A stretch of DNA of 64,000 nt from Eledone cirrhosa. Lineage: Eukaryota. A program made the translations under genes and the position numbers. Numbering within the stretch: position 1 is the first letter of the stretch; every line of letters starts with the position of its first letter. The DNA lies in NCBI GenBank assembly GCA_964016885.1, contig OZ024742.1, forward strand, positions 144,522,001 to 144,586,000, read 5' to 3'. Below are positions 24,885 through 37,520 of this stretch, piece by piece. Below the pieces are notes generated by a model. That model made no database searches. It was not told the origin of the DNA and saw only the letters and a list, made by a program, of their open reading frames with translations.

Positions 24885-27290
24885 GTCCACTTCTTCTTGA
24901 GAGGGTCGTGGGGTCAATGGTCGCCAAACACTCCTTCAAGCGGGTACAGTCAGTAGTAACCGTTTCCAATTAATCCGGCTGGATTCCCGAGCGAGACAAA
25001 CCGAGCTCATAGATTTTATCCAATTACCTACCACTGGGTCTTCCCTTGGTCTTCTGACGGTTGGTTTTGCTCGTAAAATCTGTCCTGCGATTCTTTCCTG
25101 AGACATTCTAACCTCATGCCCATAATATCGGAGCTGAGATCTCTCAATTCGGAGAAATAGCGACTCTCCGAGTTACGCACTCTTTCGAGTAACGTTACTC
25201 CAAAGACCCTTCGGGGGTACCCCATTTCAGCCGCTTATTTGCGAGCTTATATTTTCGGTCATTACCAAACATTTCTGATCATAGGTAAGGGTTGGCACGA
25301 ATACAGAATTGAAAATAGCGAGTTTGGATTTTACACCTACTTCCCTCTTTCTGATCACTGAATGCTGAAGCTGGTGAATTACTGCATCAGCTCCTGCAAC
25401 TCCTGCACTTAATTCAGCCTCCTGCCTTCCATCACTTCCATCACACGTGAACACGGCCCCGGCATACTAGAAGTTATTCACCTGCTTCAGTGGAACTCCA
25501 TTCACATGTAGAGTGCACTGTGCAGGTTTCCTTGAGAAGATGAACGTCTCAGTTTTTGCTGCACTGATTTTCATTCCAGCCACGCAGCACTCGGCATCAA
25601 ACCTTTCATGTGCAAGTCTTCTGTCAAGATAAGTAATACCGTGTCGTCTGAGTCCGACACCTGCAATGAATGGTTTCGATTTAGCACCATTTATCTGAAC
25701 ACAAATACTTGGGCATTCGTATAGAGACATCAGGGCATCATAAAGCTGACCACCGGTCCCATATTCCTGCAAAGCCTTCCACAGCATATCCCTTTGACCA
25801 CGGTCATATGCATTCTGGGTCTACAAAGCAAGAACACATCTCTTGGAAGTACTTATACGATTTCTCAAAAACCTACTGCAGTGTAAATATTTGATCAACT
25901 GTGCTGCGTCCGGGGCGAAAACCACACTGTTCATGAGCTAGCTTGGATTCGACAATCTCCAGGCACTTAGCATATAGTTTAACGAGGAGCCTGTAATTGG
26001 AACAATCTCTCGTCACTCCAGATTGTCATTGCTCAGGGGCCTTTCCAGAGATCGAGGCCACCCGGCACTCATGAGTCAGACAGATAATATCTTCTCTATT
26101 TAAGGCTTTTAACATCTCATGCCGAATTTCATCCTCTCCAGCGGACTTGTCACATTTGAGCTCTTTAATTGCTCTTGTTACCTCAGCCTCAAAGATATTA
26201 GTCATCGCTCTCAGATGCACCTCGTGTACATCAGAAGATGCTGTTGTGATTGGGTTGAGGAGATCAGCAAGGTATTCTCTCCACCTCACAAGGATGCAGC
26301 TCTCTGAGGAGAAGGGGTCCCCAAACGCATACAGGAAAGCAGGTGTGGATGAGGACATCTTATTACGAAGTCGGCGGTTGGTCTGCCAAAACACTTTATT
26401 TGATGATCTGAAGTCGGATTCCAGCTTGACCCCAAATTCTCCTGTCATAACTTTGGATTCCTTTACTGGTTCTGCTGTGATTTTTCTTGCCTGCTTGCAT
26501 CGCAAGTGCAAGAAGGAGGATTTATTTCCAAACCAAGCTTTGTAGACCTCCTCATGCCATCTGCCGTCACATTGAGCCTCTTTCTCCCGCAGCATTTAAC
26601 AACTGAAGCAGAAACTGCTGAGCTGAACAATCTCCACCCCGTTTCAACGTCCTCAGTTTACTCAGGTAGTTCTTTGAATTTGGATGCAATAGTGTCTGCA
26701 TACCTATACCTGACTTCCTTATCTACTAACGCTTTTCACTTTATCCTGTAGGTCACCCTACGCTTGCCAGTTGTGTGGGCTTCTTAGGCTTTAGGTTGTC
26801 CTAAGCTGCAGATAACTAAATGGTGAAAAGTTGACAACTCACCCCTTCTCTTAACACGAACATCCAGCACAGAATCGAAGAGATCAGAGACAATAACATA
26901 ATCGTTTATTGATTTCTGTCGCCGATTTCCCTTAACCCATGTATATTTATGAATGTCTCTGTACTGGAAGAAGGTGTTAATAGTAACGAGTCCATTGCTA
27001 AGACAGAAGTCTAATAAGGTCTCTTCGTTCGTATTTAGATCAGACTCCGCTTTCTTTCCAATGACACCTTTCCATGTCAGGTGGTCAGTGCTAACATGTG
27101 CTTTGAAGTTTCCCATTAGGATATATGACAGTCATAACTACATCTAACGCTATAGTGACTTCATGAAGGAAGGATCTGTATTCAGACTCCTTGTTTGGTG
27201 CATAAAGTTGCACCAACCACGAAGACATATCTTTCAGCCATAGCTTCAGGAAGCTCCACTATTAAGAAATGACTGCACAAGTGGGAATGC
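24885..27290 (-). mobile_element. Decayed near-full-ORF RTE-clade LINE (APE endonuclease + RT)
   Basis: MGNFKAHV, LLDFC, NTFFQYRDIHKYTW, DVRVKRRGELSTFHHLV (APE); RWREY, KSAGEDEIRHEMLKAL, GFRPGRSTVDQIFTL, LWKALQEYG, GMKISAAKTE, KLAIFNSVFVPTLTY (RT). Many frameshifts. Confidence 0.88.
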
Positions 27291-27806
27291 GGATACTCAC
27301 AATACTTTAATTTAAGGATGAACGTCAACGTTGACCCGGAACGAATTTAATTTAGAGCGCAGACAGCCTGAACGAACATTCTATGTAACGTTCTAACGAA
27401 TTTACCAACACACATATATATATATGTGTATGTATGTATGTGTGTATTGTGTGTATGTTATATATACACACACACGCACACAGAGTCATACACACACTCC
27501 TCACTGATTAACCTCGATGTCACGTGATTGATTCTTTTGAATTTACCACTGACCAGGAAGGCGGTGAAGTTGTCAATGGCCTGGGATTTAGTCCACGCTA
27601 GCTTTTTTCCATCCACTGAATTATTTTTGTATTCGATCCCTGTGTCTGCGAATCGCCAGGAATCTTACCCGAGAATGACTCCCTGATGAAGAAAGGGTTC
27701 TCCATGGTCTCTATTTGGAAATTATGTATATCCCCTTTCAGAAACTAATTAGTTGTAGTGAAATTTAAGTAAATGAGTTAATTACTATAATTTTCTTATT
27801 TTACGT

Positions 27807-27938
<132 letters not shown>

Positions 27939-29520
27939 GCGTGTATATGTGTGTGTATGTGTAAGTGTTTTTGCTTTGAGGGGCATTGACACAAGTTTCT
28001 TACTACATGGATAGAGAATATAATCAATATATATTCTCTTTTTTTCTTTTAACCGTTGTTATTGTAAATAAAAGGTAAACTTTTATCTCGAAGGGAGGAT
28101 TTAATAGAGACTAGAAGGATTTATCATCTAGCTTTTTAAATATAGCAATTATATTATGGAAGAGCCATTTTAACCATATAAAATAAGATAAGAACTGTTC
28201 ACTTATACCTTCAGGTAACAAAATATCCGTCATACATTTACAGCCTGATCATTGACACAATATATCTACAGGAATTAAAAAAAAAATTTCTGTGTGTTTA
28301 TGAATAAGTAAAATTCCATCTACTCCCACTCACCTTCTATGATGTGATTGCTTCAGTTTCAATAAAGGTATTTGATCAAGTCGTGTTCAAATCGCAAATG
28401 AACTTTAATTTCAGCACATCAACCCTCCTAGCTACACATAAGTTTTCCATATTACTTACCTCCAGATTAAACCCAACCTGTGATCAAAGACTTTCCACCC
28501 ACGATTATCCGTTTTTTTTAAATAGAATCTAGGATTACATTTTCTAATGTAACCTTTTTAGGTATGTATGCTTTGAAAAAGATTCTGCTGGTTTTGGGGA
28601 ATGTACTTATGTACTATGTTTCTACGTTACCGCTATGTCGAATTGCGACATTTTATGACAAAAGGTTAATGGATATGATCGACCAAAACCCCTTGAAGCT
28701 TGCGACCCAGAACGACCACATCTAATTACAATACAATGTAACTATAGTTTTTAATAGTGAGTTTGTGAAAATCCCAGAACGGTCACATTTAATTACTGAA
28801 AGCAGTAAAATAATAATAAAAATCATTAAAAACATAGTAGTATAGATTACTGGCTTCAGTTGACTATTACAGGTTGTTTCATGCCGTTTTTAAGGGCGCA
28901 ATACAATGTAACTCTAATTTTTAATAGTGAGTTTGTGAAAATTTCTTATGTTGTGTATTTTTTCCTCTAACAAAATTATGTGCGCTCTGAATATACAATA
29001 AATACAATTATTAATCGTTATATAATTTTACGCAACTCACCTTTCTGTGCACTCATCAATATATTTTTGTGCGCTGATTGCAAAACGTGTGTTAGCGCGT
29101 ACGTGAGCACAACTTAGAAAGGACAGTAACTCAATCGCTGGAGTGTTGATGACTTCATCATTCAAAACCTGAAGAGTACATTAGCTTATTCATTGGGTTT
29201 TCCTCTCACTCTCTCAAACACTCTTTCTCTTTCACTTTTCTTTCACATAGTCAGTACATGTAAGATAATAGAAAATGTCATGTTGATTAGAAGAAAATTT
29301 AAAAGAAACTACAATGGAATTGTGAGAATATCAAAAGAGTTACCAGAAACGGTTAATTAGTTTAGGTAAAAATCAATAATGGTACACTAACGAAGAGAAC
29401 GTGTAAAACAAGATGTAGGATTCGTCTATCGATTCTCTACAATTACGCATGTATTTATGTATTTATTATATGAATATAATTGTTCACATTATATATACAC
29501 ACACACACACACACACACAT

Positions 29521-29587
<67 letters not shown>

Positions 29588-29927
29588 TATATATATAAAC
29601 ACACACACTCTCTCTCTCACGCTCTCTCACACACACACTCACACACACACACATATATATATATATATAGTAATAATAATAAATTTGAAGACTAAAATCC
29701 AAAGAGGGCTCGATAAGGATAAATATATATCAAATATATAAGAACCGTAGAGCAAATATTTATTAAAATAACAGATTAAAGTTTAAGCAAAGAGTCGCTG
29801 CTTTCACCCTTAACGGGATCTTCTGAAACTAACAAAGTCAATCTGTAAACGCAGAAGTGGATATTTCAAAAAGCGTTGCAACCGGAGCAAGGCAGGAAGA
29901 CGATACTTTGGTTCGTGGAAACGATCC

Positions 29928-30449
29928 CTGGCACATAACATCACAGCTTCAAATTTAGCTAAACTACCTAGCCGTAGGAACACGTGCAACCCTGTAGTTA
30001 GTACTAACTGTAATTGTAGGAATCGGGTTGATTGCCCTCTATCCGGGAAATGCCTCTCTAGTAACATTGTCTACAAATGTAAGGTTGAAACACCCACGTC
30101 CCGTAGGGCCTACATAGGGTTAACCGCCAATAGATTCAAGCAGCGTCTTTACATGCATACCCATTCTTTTCGTTACCCTCTAAGAAGGAATATGACGTCA
30201 CTTTCAGCTTATATCTGGAGTCTAAAAGACAACCACACCCAATGTAAGTTACACTGGGAGATCCTAGCTAGGGCTAGGTCGTATAACGGAAATAAAAGAC
30301 CATGTGACCTCTGCGCCGCTGAGGCCCTGGAAATACTCTACGCCACAGACCACATCTTAAACAAAAAATCTGAGGCAATTTCGGCTTGTAAACATAAATT
30401 GCACAAAACTTTCCTGTATTACAGCCCCACGTTATACCCTAACGGATAG
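29928..30449 (+). CDS. C-terminal GIY-YIG endonuclease fragment of a Naiad-type PLE (open frame, no start)
   Basis: CNCRNRVDCPLSGKCLSSNIVYKCKV..AYIGLTANRFKQRLYMHTHSF..TSLSAYIWSLKD..WEIL..CDLCAAE..LNKKSEAISACKH: CxCx5C linker plus VY/YIG, R, H, E, N motifs. Confidence 0.85.
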   Translation: MAHNITASNLAKLPSRRNTCNPVVSTNCNCRNRVDCPLSGKCLSSNIVYKCKVETPTSRRAYIGLTANRFKQRLYMHTHSFRYPLRRNMTSLSAYIWSLKDNHTQCKLHWEILARARSYNGNKRPCDLCAAEALEILYATDHILNKKSEAISACKHKLHKTFLYYSPTLYPNG

Positions 30450-31363
30450 TACGATCTATACGTGGATATTTTACGTCTTGATGTGGTAGCTAAGTATATG
30501 TTTTGTTTATACCATTACTTATTTGCATAGGTAAGTATATATTACCCATATGTTTTGTGAAGGTACGTATACCTTCTCGTACGTATATTTGATTGTATAT
30601 GTTATGGCGTATAATTTAAAATATTCTGGTACATACGGTTTGGTTATGTGTATACGGGAGTTTTGCGTCTGTGTGTGTATGCAGGTTCGTACGTATGTAG
30701 GGTGTGTGTATATGTGTACTTCATGATTTGGTTGACTTACGTCTCCGAACATTTGTGTATTTACATGTAGGTATGTGTGTGCGCTTGTTATATACGTATT
30801 TATTTATTTATATACGTTTATTTAATTATTTATTTATTTATTTATTTATTTGTATACACGCATACACACACACACATATTTATGTGCGTGGTTTTGTATA
30901 CCCATGGTAAGTGTTTTCGCGTATGCTTGTGTATGTACGTATTTGTATGCGTGTATGTATTTACTTCTGTATTGTATTTATTTACTTTGTTCTTAACTCT
31001 GAAGCGGAGATTCATTCGGTCTCCTAGTTAGAATTTTAGTCTACGACTTCTGCTATACCATTTACGTGGTTTTGCGTGCAATTGTTCTCCACGGTCCACA
31101 TATGACGTATTATCTTCGGTTTTTTTCGTTCATTGCCAGAGAACGTCTCTATGAACCACCTAAGAGAACATTAGTCTACGACCTCTTTTATACCATAAAC
31201 GTGGTTCTGTCTTTGCGCGTAATTGTTTTTCGCCGCTCCTATTAATGACGTATTATATTCGTTTTTTCCCGTTTTTGCCAGGGAACGTTTCCACGAACCA
31301 AAGTATCGTCTTCCTGCCTTGCTCCGGTTGCAACGTTTTTTGAAATATCCACTTCTGCGTTTA

Positions 31364-31437
31364 CAGATTGACTTTGTTAGTTTCAGAAGATCCCGTTAAG
31401 GGTGAAAGCAGCGATTCTTTGCTTAAACTTTAATCTG
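31364..31437 (+). ncRNA. Type I hammerhead-like ribozyme in PLE pseudo-LTR (variant core CAGAAGA)
   Basis: Stem I AGTTT/AAACT plus distal CAGATTGA/TTAATCTG; core 31384-31390; stem II CCC/GGG; GAAA 31404-31407; stem III AGCA/TGCT; NUH = CUU. Mirror copy on the minus strand at ~29772-29845. Confidence 0.55.
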
Positions 31438-31487
31438 TTATTTTAATAAATATATATATAAATATATATATATGTATATATATATAT

Positions 31488-32798
31488 AGTACATTATGAA
31501 GAGACAAGAAACATTTAGATATAATTAGTAATAAGATGTATCATACCTAAACTGCTTCTAGATTCCTCGACTACGTAGTTTCGTGGCATAATCAAAAACA
31601 ATACATAACAGAGATATAGAGCTTTTGTGAGGTCTGCCGACTTATCAAGAGGATACCTCATTTTACTAGCTTCAAAGAACACGTCTATAAGATGTGAGAT
31701 AGAATCCCAAAAGGCGGAGGGGGAGTCAGTCACGTGATACAACGGTCAAGAAACAGAGCTAAGCCCCTTATAACCGTGAAAAAAATACCACGGAGGCGGA
31801 GGGGGTATTTATATCGAGGCCGTAGAAGAGGTGGTTAAGGAGGCAAGAAGTATGAGTAATGGCAGCTTTCCAGCAATCACTACACTTCAAGGATTACTCG
31901 ACCAGGGGGAGTTATAAACAATATATTGAGAAACACACAGATACATGCGGACACACACATATACATGAATATATCCACACCCATCCTTGAGTTAATGGTG
32001 CCAACCTTAACCGATGTTGCTCTATGAATAACTGGGACAAACCAATCCGAATGGATTAGACTGAACCAGTATCAGAGCTAAAAGTACATTATGAAGAGAG
32101 AAGAAACATTTAGATATAATTAGTAATAATATGTATCATACCTAAACTGCTTCTAGATTCCTCGACTACGTAGTTTCGTGGCATAATCAAAAACAATACA
32201 TAACAGAGATATAGAGCTTTTGTGAGGTCTGCCGACTTATCAAGAGGATACCTCATTTTACTAGCTTCAAAGAACACGTCTTGCCTCCTTAACCACCTCT
32301 TCTACGGCCTCGATATAAATACCCCCTCCGCCTCCGTGGTATTTTTTCAGGGTTATAAGGGGCTTAGCTCTGTTTCTTGACCGTTGTATCACGTGACTGA
32401 CTCCCCCTCCGCCTTTTGGGATTCTATCTCACATCTTATAGACGTGTTCTTTGAAGCTAGTAAAATGAGGTATCCTCTTGATAAGTCGGCAGACCTCACA
32501 AAAGCTCTATATCTCTGTGATGTATTGTTTTTGATTATGCCACGAAACTACGTAGTCGAGGAATCTAGAAGCAGTTTAGGTATGATACATATTATTACTA
32601 ATTATATCTAAATGTTTCTTCTCTCTTCATAATGTACTTTTAGCTCTGATACTGGTTCAGTCTAATCCATTCGGATTGGTTTGTCCCAGTTATTCATAGA
32701 GCAACATCGGTTAAGGTTGGCACCATTAACTCAAGGATGGATGTGGATATATTCATGTATATGTGTGTGTCCGCAGGTATCTGTGTGTTTCTCAATAT

Positions 32799-32803
<5 letters not shown>
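31488..32803. mobile_element. 595-bp unit as 1.33 tandem copies plus an inverted, permuted copy; probable non-autonomous PLE/pseudo-LTR
   Basis: 31488-31687 repeats at 32083-32281; 32279-32803 is the reverse complement of the unit; (TA)n on both flanks. Confidence 0.65.
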
Positions 32804-32853
<50 letters not shown>

Positions 32854-32854
32854 G

Positions 32855-32886
<32 letters not shown>

Positions 32887-32965
32887 TAACGAAGGAAATG
32901 TGGTAAGGAACCAGATGGACCATAACGCACCAAAGTACTCAATACTTAGGGTAGTAGAGTGGGTA

Positions 32966-33079
32966 ATAGGAACGAGTAGGACCCCGACGGCTGAGCTCAA
33001 GCCGTTTCGACGGCTAATTCTGGAGTCCAGAATTAGCCGTCGAAATGGCTTGAGCTCAGCCGTCGGGGTCCTACTCGTT

Positions 33080-33084
<5 letters not shown>
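32966..33084. repeat. 59-bp-arm palindrome (1-nt loop) containing a half hammerhead
   Basis: Arms match with one G/T mismatch; contains GAAA-CGGC-TTGAGCTCA-GCCGT-C. Confidence 0.85.
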
Positions 33085-33119
<35 letters not shown>

Positions 33120-33401
33120 TTTGTGAAAGTAGGTTAGCTTAAAGTAAACTGCTTCAAATTAATTTTTTTACGAAGAAAATAATGGGGCATATAACAAATA
33201 AGCGCCTAGCAATGGGAAAGGTAAATAGTATCGCCTGCGAGAAACGGACTTACACCTGTCGTATATCGGACAGCAGTGCTCGCCACGTAGCCGTCATTTT
33301 TAAGCTTTATCTCTCAGCCATGGAATATTAATAAAGAATCATTGGTATTCAAGAAGCGTTCAGCCAAATTGGTGACTGCTTATTGAAGCCAATTCATTCT
33401 T

Positions 33402-33451
<50 letters not shown>

Positions 33452-33565
33452 TAAAAGGAATTACAACTTTGTCTGATTTACTCGTTTTATTTACAATCCT
33501 TTAAAATTTATAATGGTATTAGAATGAAATAGTATGGTAGAATATTAAATGTTAAGTGTTAATTG

Positions 33566-33602
<37 letters not shown>

Positions 33603-33844
33603 CCACTCTCAAGCGTGAAACTAAAAACCATATCATTTGTACTGCCTCTCTGTTTTTTCTTCTCTGTTCATTTATTCAACTATATATACATATATTTAAT
33701 TAGGTTAAATTCACAACATTTCGATCTGCCGAATACGAAAAAATGTACTACTCATCTCTAAAATTTTGTTAGAAAAAGCTTAGACTATACTAGAAAAAGC
33801 GCTAACTACACTAGCGTTCATTATATAAACCTACAAGTTATATC

Positions 33845-34692
33845 TCTGCAGGAAAGCCCCTCTCTTCAACAACAAGGACGCCTGGGTCAAAATATAAAAT
33901 AGCACAGACCTATTCGATGTATTCGTGGTGTCATTCGATATGGCTGATATATGCGATTCGGAAGTTATATATTTTGGACACACTACGGGTCAGATTTCCA
34001 GAAAGCGATCTTCGATAGTGCGACCACCTATTATAACGCCACTCTAGCCAACAGTGATTTCTGGGAAAAATATCTTACTCTCCTAAACAACACCCAACTA
34101 ACGGTAGGAATAAAAATAAAAATAAGTCAATAGTATGGTTCTCCCTTCAATTCGCCCTCAACCTTAAAACGAACGTAAGCAAAGATTCTTAGCGCTTATT
34201 GACAAACAATTCCCCATAAGCCATGAGTATAGACAAATCTTTAACCGACATACAGTGAAAATCGATTACTCCTGTGCGAAAATGAAAGTCCAAATCACCA
34301 ATTAACCCAGAACGCTCCCGTGCCGGCATGCTCTTGTAGAATGCCGCAATCATGGTCTCTGGATCATCAGTGCAATGGTATATACACCGGCGATGGTATA
34401 TAAAGCTGAGGTAACCAACACCCAACTGAATTAGAAGCAGAGTGTCAGAACTTATGTGGATATGTTAGGGGGCCGCTTTAAAAGCCGTTTCCTAAACCAT
34501 GAGTCAACTTTCAGGCATCCGGATAAGCGAATAGCTATGAAGCTGGCAAGTCACGTCTGGTCCCTCAAGGATACAGATGCGGACTTCTCCATTAAATGGA
34601 AAAATGCAGTAAAAATCAAGTCCAAGACGACATGTAAATTGCACACCACAAAAACATGCCTTATTACGATGGCCTATATTTTTAACCACTGA
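33845..34692 (+). mobile_element. Decayed, internally deleted Naiad-type PLE (RT + GIY-YIG)
   Basis: LFNNKDAWVK, DLFDVFVVSFDMADIC, QIFNRHTVKIDYSC, CSCR, VYKAEV, TYVDMLGGRFKSRFLNHESTF, LASHVWSLKD..FSIKWK. Confidence 0.75.
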
Positions 34693-34839
34693 CCCCATGT
34701 GCTGAAATACTTCCTACATAATTTGAAAAATTCCAGATAATACCGGCACAACCACAGCCCACAACCTTGCAATTCGAGCTAATCCCTATCCCTCATTATA
34801 AAACATTCACCTCTATCTTTCTAACAAACTAAATAAGTA

Positions 34840-35600
34840 AAAAGTGCACCCCTGATATAAAACTCTACCCTCCATAACATCTATCTAGCACCCAAGAAAC
34901 CTTTTAGATAATTACCCTGCTATATGTTTCCAGCCTACATAATAGATTCCCCATGATAATTTGATGAAATCTCTCCTTAATCACATTCGAAACTTCATAT
35001 GAGACGATCTTGATATGCTCAAACATCTACCAAATAAGGTAAACGAAAACACTTATTTTGTTTCGTTATGAACCTATAGAGCAACATTCCAAACAATAAC
35101 GGAATAGAGTTTATACAGGTTAGACTTATTCTTTTATGAACTACCAGGCGGGATTGATAGAAAATTCATTATAGATGGTCTTCAGATTATTAAAAACAAC
35201 AACAACAGCAGCAACAACAACAACAACAGAAACAATCATTTTAAGTGTACCGTAAAAAATCATAAACAGCCTTAGGAACAATAGTTGCACCAACATACGC
35301 CAACCTAGTTATGAGATATGAATTAAAAACCTACGAAGACTCCTTAAAGATGTATAGATAAAATTTCAGCTGTTATATAAAAGAAAACTAGAAAAAAATT
35401 CCTGGGTGACTTATTTATTTTGTGGTGAAAAAATCTTGATAAACTAGAGAATTTTCAAAACCTCATCAATAATATATATCCAAACATCCAATTCACTATA
35501 GAATTCAGTCAAGAAAATTTCCCCTTCCTAGATATATTAATAACTAAAAGAAACACAAAACTAAAAACTGATGTTTATTTGACACCTACAAACTTTGACA
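34840..35600 (+). mobile_element. Decayed Penelope-like RT of a different PLE lineage
   Basis: GTIVAPTYANLVM, KKFLGDLFILW (catalytic DD decayed), INNIYPNIQFTIE, FPFLDILITKRNTKLKTDV. Confidence 0.65.
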
Positions 35601-35642
35601 CTACCTCCTTTTTACATAAAAGTATTGTATGAATTTCTTTTT

Positions 35643-35687
<45 letters not shown>

Positions 35688-36536
35688 GATAGATAGAGAG
35701 AGAGAGAGAGATTGAATCGACCTAAGTATTGGACTGGCATTTTGTTTATCTTCTTCGATAGGACGAAAGGCAAAATTGACACCGGCAGGAAAGCCAGTAT
35801 GAATACCGCAAAACATTCTTATCGGCATTTTAAAGATTTTGCAATTCACTGCCTTGCAATCTCTTTTAAGAAGTGAATAACATATGCTTACGTTTTTACA
35901 GGGAGTCTTATGATTAAAAAAAATATTGTAAGAACACTTTCATTAAATTTGTCTTAGATACTTACTCTCAATATAAGCAAAAATATATGTTTCCCAGAAA
36001 AATATCCAGATATAATTGTATGCATAATCTTCTCTTCTTAAGGATATACTTGAATATATAGAGTATATACAAGTGAAAAATAAATATTGTGTTCCTATTT
36101 AATGCATATGGGTTCCTATAAGATATGACTAATCACTTCACATGCACACATCCTTTTAATTAGGTTTGCAACCTTCCACTACATATTCATTTATTTATGT
36201 ATTTAATTTAATTTATTTATATTTTGTTATTTCAAGATGCTTTAATAAAATACTGTTAGAACTTTAATGAGACCTAAATGATTACCATGATAATCTAATT
36301 TGATGTTTACTTAAACATGAAAACCATAAAAATTCGAAATAGTTGGTTGTGGCATACATCTATTGAGTTGACTCCCTCGAAAGGGAGATGTAAATTATAA
36401 ACATACATACAAATAAACAAACATACAGACACGTACATTCATAAATATGTGTGTATATATATATATACATATATATACATATATATACATACATATGTAA
36501 ATACATACATTCACTATGTGTATATATATATATACA

Positions 36537-36587
<51 letters not shown>

Positions 36588-37308
36588 TGCGTGTGTGTGT
36601 GTGTCTATTTGTGTGTGCGTGTACTTTCTTTTAATAAATCGTCTAACTCGGTAAATTTGGGTGTTGGCAGAATATATAAATGAGATAATCATGTTTAAAT
36701 TGGGAGGGTCTAAAGTAGATGCCTAAAGGAAAGCATTTGAAAATTCCTTTGAAGATGGTAATAAGGAATTTTATTTTTGTAATTATTGATTGCATTCAGA
36801 ACATGTCTAATCGTGACCTTCACACCTTACTGAAAACACAAAAGGTTGTATTATATGGACAAAGATAATTTAATTTTTTAGATATTTTAATTTTTTTTCT
36901 AAAGAATTTTTTCCCGCTTTGTATGATGGGTTTTAGAATGAATATTAATTGTATGTTACACTACATCTATTTTTGATATTATTCAAAACCAGAACGTTCT
37001 GTGGCACAGACACTTGAGCATCAAACTAATGTGTTTTATCATTTTTTTCTCTGGGTTCCAAGTTCAAATGCTGCTGTGGTTAATCTTGCCTTTCATATCT
37101 AGTCGTTAAAGAACATGCACACTGGGTGGATGGGTGGGTGGAGAGGAGGGGGACAGGGAAGGAATGGAACATTCCATCATCCCTACAAAGTCTGGCAATA
37201 TTGAAAATCACTATTGACCGAGTTATTAGGATGTTGGGTTTGGCTTGATGTTGATAGCTAGTAGATTGTTTATCAACAATGTCATTAGACAAATCAGTTT
37301 TCATTATA

Positions 37309-37520
37309 GATTCGCAGTATCAGTAGAGCGTCGGACACCATGGTTCGCAGCGTAGAGTTACGGCCCTTTACGTTCTGCGTTCAAATCTCGCCGAGATTAG
37401 CTTTGTCTTTCATCCTTACGGGGTCGATAAAATAAAGCACCGGCAACGCACTGGGGTGGATTTAATCGACTCTCCCCTCCCTTCAAATTGTTGGCCTTGT
37501 GCCTAAATCAGAAATCATTA
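37309..37520 (+). mobile_element. tRNA-derived SINE, family 1 (longer variant)
   Basis: Family consensus with an extra GGGGTGGATTTAATCGACT segment. Confidence 0.8.

Larger units (their letters stand above)
29756..31453 (+). mobile_element. 5'-truncated Penelope-like element (Naiad-type) with inverted pseudo-LTR
   Basis: 29756-29933 is the reverse complement of 31276-31453; it encloses a GIY-YIG coding segment and a 3'UTR with a hammerhead motif. Confidence 0.85.

Noticed and set aside
29928-30449. Selenocysteine-encoding Naiad
   Set aside because: All conserved Cys positions are TGT/TGC with no in-frame TGA. The TGG at one Cys position in the decayed copy near 34355 is uninformative.
31515-32611. 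Duplicated 75-aa ORF (MYHVTDSPSAFW...)
   Set aside because: It uses a non-ATG start, has no recognisable domain, and is duplicated only because of the inverted repeat.
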